Positions 13,613-26,495 of a DNA stretch of 64,000 bases are shown in pieces. The stretch comes from Octopus sinensis. Its lineage: Eukaryota. The notes under the pieces are model-generated. The model searched no databases, was not told the DNA's origin, and saw only the letters and a list, made by a program, of their open reading frames with translations. Every line of letters begins with the position of its first letter. Position 1 is the first letter of the stretch. The translations under genes and the position numbers were made by a program. The stretch lies in NCBI RefSeq assembly GCF_006345805.1, contig NC_042997.1, forward strand, positions 180,606,001-180,670,000. Reading direction: 5' to 3'.

Positions 13613-14007
13613 ATACTCACATGTTCTCTCTCTCACTTCCTCCTCATCCACTTCACCGAAACTCTATAAAATGATTAAATTCCCCACAAAGGAATTAATT
13701 TGTTTTGAAAGCCCCACTAGAATGGGAGAAAGCGCTAATAATCTGAATGATATGATATATATATGTAAAAAATGTAATATATAAATATATATCTATAAAT
13801 ATGAACCATCCAATCTTCTGATTACCTCATTTCTTCTAATATATAATACCTGTACATCATCTCCAAACCTTCCAATATATATATATATATTGGCCTGCTC
13901 GCTTAGCCAGCGAGGTGGCGTTATTTGAAGGCTAAAACAATGCGAAGCGCATTGTGACCAGCGATGTGTAGCAACATCTGATAGCCTGGTCGGTGACGGT
14001 GACGGTG

Positions 14008-14055
<48 letters not shown>

Positions 14056-14539
14056 TCAAATATTAATTAGAAGCATCTTGAGCTATATAAATAAAAATGA
14101 GCACACATATACGAGAAATGTATGATGTTAGTTCCCGTGTCAGCTGCAGCGCCTGGGGTAAAAAATGAAAAAAACACCAGAAAGTAAGTCACAGTCAAAC
14201 GAGATAACTTACATCAGGTCCTTTCTCGAAGCAACAGACATCGTTGTTTCGTCATTGCTTTGACTTAGCAAAGCCGCATACCGAGCAAGGACCGCTGCAA
14301 GCTATATCACTGGCTGTGACTATACGCTAAATGTTTTAGACATCATCAACTGACATATTCTAAATTTTCATGCCACAGAAAAAAATTCAAATATGAATTA
14401 GAATCAGTTCGAGGCATTTAAACAAAATGGAACACACATATACAAGTAGGTGTGTTGTTAATTCGTGGCTCGGCTATTGTTTTTAGGCGTAAAAGAATAT
14501 ATTCTCTATGCGCCTGGCGCGCAGATAAGAAGTTTATTT

Positions 14540-15005
14540 CCCATATCATCTTGGGTTCAGTTCCAGAGTGTGGGATCTTGGGTGTGTTCTAGTATAGCCA
14601 GGGTTCGACCAAATCTTTGTGAGGAGATTTGGTGACCAGAAACTGAAAGAAGCTCGTCGTGTATATGTTTGCGTGTCTGTGTGTATGTTGTTTGTAACTA
14701 TATGTGTGTGTGTACGTGTATGCTGTTTGTAATTATATGTGTGTGTGTGTACATGTATGTTGTTTGAAATTATATGTGTGTACATGTGTGTATGTATATC
14801 TTAGTGTTTTTAGCCTTCTACCGCTTGACAACTTGTGTTCTTACCTTTTACATTCCAATAACTTAGTGGTTCGGCAAAAGAAGCAGTAGATTAAATAACA
14901 GGCTTTAGAAAATGTAACAGGTTCGATTTATTTCTATTGAACCTTTCTAGGCGGTACCTCAGCATAGCAACAGTCCAATGATTGAAACAAGTAAAAGATA
15001 AAAGA
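14540..15005 (+). mobile_element. Degenerate family B tRNA-derived SINE
   Basis: Similar to 28650-29053 (gaaactgaaagaag, ggttcggcaaaaga, tgattgaaacaagtaaaaga). Confidence 0.75.
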
Positions 15006-15009
15006 TAGA

Positions 15010-15111
<102 letters not shown>

Positions 15112-15852
15112 CCGTGTGTGTATTCCCATCTGTGTAAGTTTTCGACTACGCTCATACATATTTTTCATCCTAAAACCGATGACGTTGCTACAATTCATAT
15201 TAACGTTTTGGAGAATCTCCTATTTGCTTAACGTGCGTCCTCCTAATTATTTCTCAGTAAATGATTTATATTGCAATATTAATAATCTGTCCTGTCTTCT
15301 AAATACCCAATTAATCATAATCAGAGCTGAAAGGTATTTCTTTAAATATAAATTTCATCATTATAGAGTTGAAGATTTTTTTCATTTGAAATGAATTCTG
15401 AAATGTTAATTAAAGTGGAAAGCAACAAATATATAACAGATTACCTGTAATTCACGTATTCATCTTGAATTTAACAAAATCCTTTTGGCTTCTTTTGATC
15501 AATTGCAAAAAAATAATGCTACGTTTTGTTTTAATTTTACTTTCGATTAAATTGTACTCATGTAGTTAAAACTTTACTGCACCTTTAGTAAGCTTCGTCG
15601 AAAGCTACAGTTTATATATGTTAAGAAACGATTAAGTGTGCTTCTTATTCTAAGTTGAATTTTGTTATGATAAATTTCAAGGTTATTATCGGTTTGACGT
15701 ATTATTTGATAACCCGCACTACGAATGTTCGTACAAACACATGCCTTGTAGGCTGCAGAATAATCTGTGCTTTTTAATTCACCCGACGTCTATAACCAGA
15801 TGACATTATTATAATCTGCGCGTTAGCGAAGGCAGAGGTATTGTATCCAGTC

Positions 15853-16085
15853 TAAGGCGGCGAGCTAGCAGAAACGTTAGCACGCCGGGCGAAATGCGTA
15901 GCCGTATTTCATCTGCCGTTACGTTCTGAGTTCAAATTCCGCCGAGGTCGACTTTGCCTTTCATCCTTTCGGGGTCGATTAAATAAGTACCAGCTACGAA
16001 CTGGGGTCGATATAATCGACGTAATCCGTTTGTCTGTACTTGTTTGTCCTCTCTGTGTTTAGCCCCTTGTGGGTAGTAAAGAAAT
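15853..16085 (+). mobile_element. Well-preserved family A tRNA-derived SINE with Meta-domain-like core
   Basis: A/B-box-like head and core gcctttcatcctttcggggtcgattaaataagtacc. The Meta-domain assignment is from recalled consensus, not an alignment. Confidence 0.9.
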
Positions 16086-16389
16086 ATGTATTGTATCCAG
16101 TCATGTTAGCTTGCTTGTTTGTCCGTGCTCAAGATATCACAAGAACCGCTGGATTGCTTCAGATGAAACTTTCAACATGAAACGTACGTTTCTTTACCCA
16201 AAGTATTAACATCCGTTTTCTATAGCCCCTTCTTTTAGATTCACTTTGTAAATAACACTGCATCACTATCCTATTTTCTTCGCTTCTCCTTGCTATATTA
16301 TCTGCTGAGGCTGTATTCAGATAACAGTTGTGATCAGTCTGCATCTTTATTGAACCACTGCCGAGCGAGAGTTTATGTCTGGGTGAAGT

Positions 16390-16772
16390 GGAGGTTCAAT
16401 GGCCCAGTGGTTAGGGCAGCGGACTCGTGGTCATAGGATCGCGGTTTCGATTCCCAGACCGGGCGTTGTGAGTGTTTATTGAGCGAAAACACCTAAAGCT
16501 CCACGAGGCTCCGGCAGGGATGGTGGTGATCCCTGCTGTACTCTTTCACCACAACTTTCTCTCACTCTTACTTCCTGTTTCTGTTGTACCTGTATTTCAA
16601 AAGGCCGGCCTTGTCACTATCTGTGTCACGCTGAATATCCCCGAGAACTACGTTAAGGGTACACGTGTCTGTGGAGTGCTCAGCCACTTACACGTTAATT
16701 TCACGAGCAGGCTGTTCCGTTGATTCGGATCAACCGGAACCCTCGTCGTTGTAACCGACGGAGTGCTTCCAC
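16390..16772 (+). mobile_element. Full-length family C tRNA-derived SINE
   Basis: tRNA-like head ggcccagtggttagggcagcggactc...ggtttcgattcc followed by a non-tRNA body. Confidence 0.9.
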
Positions 16773-17139
16773 CAATGTCTGGGTGAGTGATACAAATTAG
16801 TCTGCAAGGAGAAACACATAGACACATACACAAAATTCGTAGAACGATGAAAGCCCACAGTTTTCAACATGTAACTTATAGATCTAATTTTAAGAATTCT
16901 TTTAGAACTTTAAAAAGAAATACTTGGGACTAACTAGTGTTTGTAAAAAAAGCTGCTAAATATCATTTGCAGTGGAGAGATAAAAATATTTACATGCGCA
17001 AATGAAGACTAATATATATTTTCGTGTTCCGATTGATATTTAATATAATTATGTCTTAGCTTAATCTTGTATTTTTTACTATCTTACTCTTTTTACTCTT
17101 TTCTATCTTATATTTTTTACTCTTTTCTATCAGGTCCAG

Positions 17140-17440
17140 CTTCAGTTTCGCTGTTACAACCACAATTCCTTCGGAAAATCCTGTCTCCCATAAAATGAGG
17201 TAAGGTAACGTCCGTAACCATTGTCATCACCACAATTATTTTTCGACATCTGATAGGTTCAAGTAACTTTCTATTGTCTCATTTGTTGCAACTTTGTGCT
17301 GATAGGGTGGTGTGTGCTGCATTTTTTGCGGAAGGGAAAAAGGGGTGGAAAGCGGGGAATATTACATTGTGTCAGTATGTTTTGTTATGGGGTTTAGTTT
17401 GTCTCTTCTGTAGTATTATTTCTTCTTTTTATATTACTAT
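17140..17440 (-). mobile_element. Degenerate Penelope 3'-end/pLTR remnant
   Basis: The minus strand reads aaactaaaccccataacaaaacatactgacaca, similar to the GIY-YIG end at 58525-58557 (aacatactgacaca shared). Confidence 0.45.
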
Positions 17441-17772
17441 TTTTATATATTTGAATTTTGCTGTATATTTGTATAAGTGGACTCCAAGTTTGACTCAGTG
17501 ACCGCAAGAGACAAGTTAGATATTCAAGTTGGTGCTATGACTAGGGTGACATATATTTGATTTTCCACAAAGTATTGTTCTAGAGAATGTCTAAGAAAAC
17601 AAAAGAAAATGATAAGTTTGTTTTCAAATTTGAGATTATATAGAGATTATGTTACGTAGGATATGGACAGTTCCTATAAAGACTACCTTTTGAATTTCTG
17701 CCATTTTGGGTTTTCGTTGCATTAAAGGTAAAATGTCAAGCCTTGTACCTTTAGTACAAAGGATTATTATTA

Positions 17773-17832
<60 letters not shown>

Positions 17833-17863
17833 TATTATTATTATTATTATCATTATTATTATA

Positions 17864-18884
17864 ATTCAGTAGTTTTATTTTTATAGCGTGCTTTCACTTC
17901 ACTACCGAGCGCAGCTCTGTGTGCCTTGGGTATGTGCTGTGATTTGTTGTGATGCTCTGATGGTTATTGTATGGAAAGTGTTCTGCGTAGGATGTGTGCA
18001 GTGCCTAGTAGTGCAATTTTCTGTATGTTATATGTGTTTGTATGTCCTGGTGATTTTTGTTATGTATTTGTCTGAATATTTTTTTATCATGCCTAATGCA
18101 CCTACTATGATAGGAATTGTTTCTGTTTTTAGATTCCACATTCTGGTTACCTCTATTTCCAGGTCTTTGTATTTTGAAAGTTTCTTCATTTCTTTTAGAG
18201 ACACGTTGTCATCTGCCGGTATTGATACATCAATTAGGAAGCATTTTTTTCTTCATGATCTCTGACGACTATATCTGGTCTGTTGGCCTTAATTTCTCTA
18301 TCTGTGTGTATCGGCATATCCCAGAGTATGGTTGCTTTCTCGTTTTCTGTGACCTTTTCTGGTGTGTGCCTATACCACCTTTTTTCTGTTGTTATTCCAT
18401 AATGTTGGCATAGCTTCCAGTGTATGTAGGTTCCAACTCTGTCATGTCTGTGAATATGTTCCTTCTTAGCCAGGACTGGGCAACCAGAGATAATATGATT
18501 TATTGTTTCTTGTCCATTTCCACATATTCTGCAGTTACTTGTTATATTTCTTTTCATTACATGTTTTTGGTAATTTCTTGTGGGGAGGCTTTGGTCTTGT
18601 GCTGCAATTAAAAAACGATGGATCGTAATGTTCCACGCATGTTTACATGTGTTGTGTTAGAGGTGGAGATGATATCGAGTCAAAATACATCTTTTCGTTT
18701 CGAAAATAGTAATAAATTTCAATGAGTATTACTTACTCGGATACAGTCCAATCCTTTGTTAGTAAATCTTTGGCTCCATACGTTGTCCTTGTTTTTGATG
18801 TTTGTGGACAGATTTCGGAGCTCTGTTTGATCGTTCTTACATCTTAAACGTCCCCCGGTGTCTCTTAAACGTCCCCCGGTGTCT
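17864..18884 (-). mobile_element. Internally deleted R4/Dong-like LINE (5' UTR joined to the CCHC-RLE 3' end), flanked by (TAA)n
   Basis: 18621-18884 matches the 5' end of the 48146 copy. 17864-18615 matches the 3' end of the 19878 copy. CRICGNGQETINHIISGC and NRPDIVV are present. Confidence 0.93.
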
Positions 18885-18885
18885 A

Positions 18886-18964
<79 letters not shown>

Positions 18965-19520
18965 GAGTGAGAGAGCAGCGCATGCCATTAAAGTGACACT
19001 GGGGTAAAATATACGAAGCCCAGTATACCCATCATGACTACCCGTCTGATATGAGTGCACCAGGCACATGCATCACAACCATGTGTGCGCGACATGGTGA
19101 TCTCATGTCAAGATAAATAGTACATGACTTTGTAGGTGGAGCCCAGTTAGAATTTTCTTCTGGTCGAGTAGCTCATCCCGCTCAAAAGGTCACTGAATAA
19201 GGATTGCTTATGGACGTTGAATGAACTACCCATGTTTCCAAAGGTGAATAATCCAAAACTCTAAGAATTCCTTTCAACACACGGCTATGATGCTCCCCTA
19301 CTACTTCTGCTTGTGCTCAGAATGCACATATCGTCAGCCACTAAGGGACATGCTCAACTTGTTAAGATCAAACAACTGACAAGCAAATCTGTGGTATTGA
19401 GCAGAATATTTGCTGTGGCCCATCTTTTATACCAAGACTAAACAATGTAAATGATAACACTTCCAATCAGTTAAGATCAGAAGCCACGAGAGTCACTGCC
19501 TGGTACTGCATCAGGGCATT
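18965..19520. repeat. Unclassified ~560-bp probable interspersed repeat between (TTA)n tracts
   Basis: Non-coding block with sharp microsatellite boundaries. It resembles a recurrent octopus repeat (recalled, not verified). Confidence 0.5.
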
Positions 19521-19685
19521 TATTATTGTTGCTATTATTATTATTATTACTTTTTTTTCTTCTTTTAAATTTGCTTCCATTTCTTGCCGAGTGTCTTCCC
19601 GACTCCTAGGACAAAGAAACTCATAGTATACATTAGTATACATAGTATACTAGAAACTCATATTATACATAGTATACATAGTATA

Positions 19686-19736
<51 letters not shown>

Positions 19737-19796
19737 CATTATCATCATCATCATCATCATCATCATCTCATCATCATCAAAATCATTATTATTATT

Positions 19797-19860
<64 letters not shown>

Positions 19861-19877
19861 TAATAATAATAATAATA

Positions 19878-21578
19878 ATGCGGATATAAATGTTACGGCA
19901 AAACGATCAGCCACCTTTTATATATGGATGACCTAAAACTATACGCTGCAAATGACAAACAGCTGGAAACACTATTAAAGACAGTTCATGGATTTACCAA
20001 AGAAATAGATATGAAATTTGGATTAGAAAAATGCGCCAAAGTAACCATGAAAAGAGGAAAACTAGTTAAGAGTAACAACATCACACTAGATAAAACCAAT
20101 GAAATAAAAGAATTAGACGAAAGCCAAACTTACAAATACTTAGGAATCCATGAACTAGATAAGACACAACACACACAAATGAAAGAGAAAATAAAAAAAA
20201 GAATATTATAGACGAGTTAGATCAATACTAAACACAGAGCTCAATGCTAAAAACAAGATAATAGGTATCAACACTTTAGCTGTCCCAGTTATAAGTTACA
20301 GCTACAATATCCTTAACTGGACACGAAATGAACTGACCAAAATAGATAGGAAAACAAGAAAAATAATGACAGGATCTAGGATGCATCACCCAAAATCTAA
20401 CATAGAAAGACTATATATACAACGTATAAAGGTGGTAGAGGCCTTATACAGCTGGAAAACTACTATAAAATAACCAGCATAGGACTGCAAAAATATCTAC
20501 TTCAGAAGGAAGGAAAACTGATCCAGATAGCGGCAAAACACGAGCAAAACAAAAACTGTTCTCAGTATTTAAGGAAGCTGACAAATACAAACAAGAAATC
20601 ATACCACCTAATAAACATGAAGAAGAAGAAGAAGATGAAGAAACAACAAAAGCTATAAAACAAATGAAATCCAAACTAAAAATAGAACAGCAACGAACCA
20701 TGATAAAACGATGGCAAGAAAAGCCCCTTCATGGTAAATACTGGACTAAACTAAACGCAAAAGAAATAGACAAAGAAAAATCCCAGCAATGGTTGAGAAG
20801 CTCAGGACTCAAAGCAGAAACAGAGGGATTTTTAATTGCAGCACAAGACCAAAGCCTCCCCACAAGAAATTACCAAAAACATGTAATGAAAAGAAATATT
20901 ACAAGTAACTGCAGAATATGTGGAGATGGACAAGAAACAATAAATTATATTATCTGTAGCTGCCCAGTCTTGGCTAAGAAGGAATATATTCACAGACATG
21001 ACAGAGTTGGAACCTACATACATTGGAAGCTATGCCAACATTATGGAATAACAACAGAAAAAAGATGGTATAGGCACACACCAGAAAAGGTCACAGAAAA
21101 CGAGAAAGCAACCATACTCTGGGATATGCCGATACACACAGATAGAGAAATTAAGGCCAACAGACCAGATATAGTCGTCAGAGATCATGAAGAAAAAAAT
21201 GCTTTCTAATTGATGTATCAATACCGGCAGATGACAACGTGTCTCTAAAAGAAATGGAGAAACTCTCAAAATACAAAGACCTGGAAATAGAGGTAACTAG
21301 AATGTGGAATCTGAAGACAGAAACAATTCCTATCATAGTAGGTGCATTAGGCATGATAAAAAAATATTCAGACAAATACATAACAAAAACACCAGGACAT
21401 ACAAACACATATAACATACAGAAAATTGCACTACTAGGCACTGCACACATCCTACGCAGAACACTTTCCATACAATAACCATCAGAGCATCACAACAAAT
21501 CACAACACATACCCAAGGCACACAGAGCTGTGCTCGGTAGTGAAGTGAAAGCACGCTGTAAAAATAAAACTACTGAAT
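19878..21578 (+). mobile_element. 5'-truncated R4/Dong-like LINE (RT C-terminus, CCHC, RLE, 3' UTR) in (TAA)n
   Basis: YMDDLKLY, CRICGDGQETINYIICSC, RHD, NRPD, KEMEKLSKYKDL. (TAA)n on both sides. Confidence 0.95.
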
Positions 21579-22683
21579 AATAATAATAATTAGTAGAAGC
21601 AACAGCGTGTCATAAGTGTCAAAAGTTCCGTGCGTAATATATCATCAACTTGTTTTAAGAAAAATTCACCTGCAAATCATATATCCCTCTCAGCTGCAGT
21701 CCTCTCTATTTGCTTTACTAAACATGAAATTTGATATTTCATGTTAAACTTAACTTATCTTTTTTTACAGATCAACTACCCGTGTGCATATATTAGTGAA
21801 AGAGCAGTACTTACTTTCGTTTTCATAAAAGAGGAATAATCTTTTTCAGAGAGGGAATTTATGAAAATATTTGTCTAGATGGTTAGCTCAAGTAACTTTG
21901 TAATATGCATTTACTCATATGTATCCATTGATATTTTTTTCTATTCTTAATAAATAATTTTTTCTTGTATAACTGTGATAACTTCTTCGTGTTGTTTAAC
22001 TCCGTCTCTAGCTGAAGTGCGTAGAAATATGGTTATGGACTGCAGCTATAATAATAATACCTTACAGTAATGTTGAGAACTACATTATCAAATACCTATA
22101 TTGCTTTATTTATTCTCACTCTGGAATTTGATTTGAGGAAGATATATCTGATGTTTGTATCGTGTCGAGCCATCATGTAACTGAAGCTACAAATTTAAAT
22201 AAATCAATTAAACATAATTTAATTGTTTAAACACGCTTCACACCTGCACATGACGAAAATCGAAGAATAATGAAGAATAAATTCCGAGTGAAAAAATATA
22301 GAAAATACACAGACAAAATTTGTTAATCCCGTTTATGAAGATTTAGTGATGTTAGACGAAGCAAAAGAGAAAGTACTATGCAAACATAGAAGTGACACGT
22401 GAGGAAATATTTAAAATAAAGTATTCAAATATAGTAACAAAAAGCTTCAAATGTTCACGAATCTATTAAGATAAAAGGATCAACAGATTTAAAACATACG
22501 AGCCAAAACGATTTGTGTGTGTACCAATATGTATAAGTTGTTTACACTGTGAGTGAATACGTGTGTTTAACAGTCAGTCACAAGCTTATATATTATCGTA
22601 CTGTTGCCCACATTACGGTGCACACCAATATGATAACTACTAGTGTGTACACGCTATTAACAGTCGAATACTCTTTATACTTT

Positions 22684-22947
22684 GGAGGCGCAATGGCCCA
22701 GTGGTTAGGGCAGCGGACTCGCTGTCGGAGGATCGCGGTTTCGATTTCCAGACCGGGCGTTGTGAGTGTTTATTGAGCGAAAACACCACGAGACTCCGGC
22801 AAGGTGTGGTGGTGACCCCTGTTATACTCTTTCGCTCCAACTTTCTCTCACTCTCCCTTCCTGTTTCTTGAGTAACGCTGCGATAGACTGGCGTCCCGGA
22901 AAACCGGGTCCATGAGCCTGGCTAGGCTTGAAAAGGGCGCATAATAA
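22684..22947 (+). mobile_element. Family C-headed SINE with an alternative 3' tail
   Basis: Head nearly identical to the 16390 copy; diverges after cttcctgtttct. Confidence 0.85.
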
Positions 22948-23176
22948 ACTCTTTATACTAATTAAGATGTTTTTTCTTTTCCTTTAAATTTTGTTATGGA
23001 TCGGATCGGACTCTGCCTCTTGGCCTGGCGTTGAAGATATTCCTTCCTCGTCATATACTCCACCTTTATCCCCCTTCCTCTCCCCCTCTCTTTATCTCTT
23101 TATCTATCTAACTATCTATATATTCATCTATCTAGCTATCTCAAAAAGCTGGTAAAACAAAGCATTGGTACACACA

Positions 23177-23215
<39 letters not shown>

Positions 23216-23344
23216 ACACACAAACAAACACACATACACACACACACACAAAAACATACATTTGCGCACCTAAAAAAATTGCCGAGAAATTCTTAAAATG
23301 CATTTTTAACCGGAATAAATATTGTTGTCTATATATATATACTG

Positions 23345-24110
23345 AATTTTAGCACGTCAGGAATAATGCTTAGCGGCATTTAGTTCGTCATTACATTCTG
23401 AGTTGAAGTTCCACAGAGGTTGACTTTGTCTTTCCTCCTTTCGAAGTCTATAAAATAAATACCTGTTGGGTACTGAGTTTGATCTAATCATACCCAAATT
23501 GCTAGTTTCGTCCCAAATTGTGAAACCAATATATCTTCCGAGTTCATAGTGGCAAATTGGCAAAAAGGCGGCGAGCTGGAAGAAAGGCGGCGAGCTGAAG
23601 AAAGGCGGTGAGCTGCTGAAAGAAAGGCGGTGAGCTGGCAGAATCATCAGCACGCCGGGCAAAATGATTTGATGTATTTCGTTCGTCTTTACATTCAATG
23701 TTCAATTTCCGATGACGTTTGCTTTACCTTTCATCCTTTCGAAGTCGATAAAGTAAGTACCTATTTCTGGGGCTAAACATAGAGTGGACAAACAAACAAA
23801 CACAGACATAGGTATTAAGTCGATTACATAGATCCCAGTGCGTAACTGGTACTTAATTTATCGACCCCGAAAGGATGAAAGGTAAAGTCGACCTCGGCGG
23901 AATTTGAACTCGCAACGTAACGGCAGACAAAATACCGCTAAGCATTTCGCCCGGCGTGCTAACGGTTCTGCCAGCTCGCTGCCTTACCATTTGAGCACTG
24001 ATGTGGATGTAATCTCCAGAAATAACTAATCTTGTGCCAAAATTGGAAGTTAACTTATCTTCTGGATTTAAGGCGGCGAGCTAACTGAATCGTTATCGCA
24101 CCTGACAAAG
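23345..24110. mobile_element. Cluster of family A SINEs, including a minus-strand copy (~23766-23985) nested in a plus-strand copy
   Basis: The plus copy from 23565 is interrupted at aagtacc and resumes near 23986. Confidence 0.85.
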
Positions 24111-24130
24111 TATGCGTGCGTGTGTGTGTG

Positions 24131-24161
<31 letters not shown>

Positions 24162-24164
24162 ATT

Positions 24165-24415
24165 AATTAGAGACAAAACCACTATTTTGTAAAACAAACA
24201 AGGAAGACTTAATCATACATAAAATTTTAATAAAAAGTAAAAAATCCGCCACTACAATTGTTTTCATGTCCTGAAGATTGTCATTGAGGACATGAAAAAT
24301 TGTAGTGGCGGTTTTTTTTACTTTTTTTTACTTTTTTTTACTTTTTATTAAAATTTTATGTATTGATTAAGTCTTTCCTTGTTTGTTTTACAAAATAGTG
24401 GTTTTGTCTCTAATT
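24165..24415. repeat. Near-perfect inverted repeat (~110-bp arms, ~15-bp spacer) between (TA)n tracts
   Basis: 24165-24272 mirrors 24287-24415; the right arm has a triplicated acttttttt unit. Confidence 0.9.
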
Positions 24416-24520
24416 ATATTATATAATTTTTACTATAAAATTGGATTTAATCCTAAATCTGATTTTTTCCCTGTAAATTTGGATTTATTCCCTAATATTT
24501 ATTATATAATATATTATATA

Positions 24521-24586
<66 letters not shown>

Positions 24587-24654
24587 GTGTTATACCATCA
24601 ATGCTATCTATAAGTGACTCTAATATAATAATCTTTTTGCTATAGGCACAGAGC

Positions 24655-24825
24655 TGAAAATTTGGTGGGAGGGTGCTAAGACTATTAGATTGACATTCGT
24701 GTTCAACTCATTCTATTTTGCCGACCCTAAAAGGGTAAATGGCAAAGTTGATTTCGTGACATTTGAAACCAGAACTTAAATTTGGAATACATTATATATT
24801 ATCGTGCTAACGATTCTGCCAGCTA
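24655..24825 (-). mobile_element. Degenerate family A SINE
   Basis: gtgctaacgattctgccagct and gacc...aaagg motifs. Confidence 0.7.
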
Positions 24826-26039
24826 GCAGAATGTCCTCTTACGCGTATCACTCTAATCGAACTTTTATTCAAATGTTGCCCAATTACCATCCATTAAACA
24901 GATAGCTGCAACGATACCACAGGTACATATATTCCCATTCCCTTGTTTGAAAACGCAAAACTACGTATCGCAAGCGATCACACAACTCTCAAATGTTTGC
25001 TATTACACTTTAATAGGTATGCATCTGTCATAATTATCTTTCTTTTCAATGATTAATTTCCGTCACGATAATAGCTATTTATTAATTTATCTTTTTTTAT
25101 GTTCAGCAGTATAACCATTAAATACAAAGCCATCTGTTAGAACATGATAGAATTGGGGATTCGAGCCTTGCATAACGTGCTATTTTTATGTTTCGGTAAC
25201 AGTTAATAGAAATGGACGGACGTTATCAAATATTTGAAGCCATTCGGGAATTTAGTTTTCTTATATTGCAACTTATTTACTCAATATGAGTATAATTGCA
25301 AATGATTTTCTGTGCATTTTTCCCATATAAAATAATCTGCAATCAGCCTCTAATTATTCTTGCATCCATTTAATGTTAATTGATACTTTAGATTATATTA
25401 TGTGCAATGTTTTTTTCTGAATTATTAAACGAACTAAGTAATAGCCTTCAGTTTGCTATTGGTATTACTATTTGATCTAAACTCCCAATCAGTATCTTTT
25501 GAACTTTTGGTTATTACTGAATAATCTTTCAGGTGATAAAAATCCTCGACGTTAGGATAGAGAATAATAATGACTTAGACTTGTTAGAGACTTAGATATT
25601 GTGAAACAGAATGATTCCGTTGCGTGTTGGATTCAATTTATTCAGTAACAAAGGAATTGGACATCTAACAAAAGTTAAGATTAAAGACAATTTATATTTA
25701 TCATAATCGTTTATGTAAACAGTAAACAAAATCCACAAGCTATATCGTTTAAAAATTCTAGGTACAGAGGTCTCGAAAAATAAGTAAGGAAATATCTCTA
25801 TCAATTTCTTACGAAAGCAAAATTCTACCAAATTGTATCGTGTATAATTGATTATTTCGGTTACATTACTTTATTGCTTCCTTATTCCATAGATCCCGTT
25901 GGCGTGGCAATCAAAGGCGCCATCCTTTGGAATCGAACTCGATATTGTAAAGAAACGAAGTATGATTTCGTGTAACGCTGCACTAATTCTCCCAATCTAT
26001 CAGCCTTTCGAGAAGCAAAATTCATATTTAAACGTTACC

Positions 26040-26195
26040 AATTCTCAAGTCAGTTTCCGTCTACCAAATCCGCTCACAAAGCTTCGGTCAGCCCGGGGCT
26101 ATAATAGGAGACACTACGTGAAGGTGCTACACAGTGAGACTGAACGTGGCATCATTTGGTTTCAAAAAGGAAACTTATAACTACGCAGCCTAGCT
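26040..26195 (-). mobile_element. Family B SINE fragment
   Basis: cagtttccgtctaccaaatcc...ggctata matches 37966-38339. Confidence 0.75.
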
Positions 26196-26299
26196 TGCGC
26201 ATATATATGTGTGTGTATATATATATATATATATATAATATATATATATATATATTATATATATATATATAATATATATATAATATATAATATATATAT

Positions 26300-26495
26300 A
26301 TATGGAGAATTCACAAGAAAAAAAACAAAAGATGAAACAGGTGGTGTAGACAACAACAAGATCTATTAGTATGGCGCTCGGGAAGTGAAAAAATTTTTAG
26401 CGTTTCGAACCTACGCTCTTCCACAGAAAGCAACACAGAAAGAAACAAGGAGAGAAAATAAAGAATGTGTAGTGGCTAGCGATCTATCATGGCGA
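26300..26495 (-). mobile_element. Penelope pLTR-like short repeat (same family as 3536-3722)
   Basis: Reverse-complement similarity; the 3' end abuts (TA)n. Confidence 0.65.

Noticed and set aside
14213-14300. Minus-strand exon candidate LAAVLARYAALLSQSNDETTMSVASRKDL
   Set aside because: The donor is good but the acceptor is ambiguous, and the phase does not link to the other candidates.
16390-16462. tRNA gene (also 22684 and 28650)
   Set aside because: The tRNA-like heads continue into SINE bodies and lack a complete cloverleaf and terminator.
21816-21875. Minus-strand 60-nt open exon candidate
   Set aside because: Weak polypyrimidine tract and no homology evidence.
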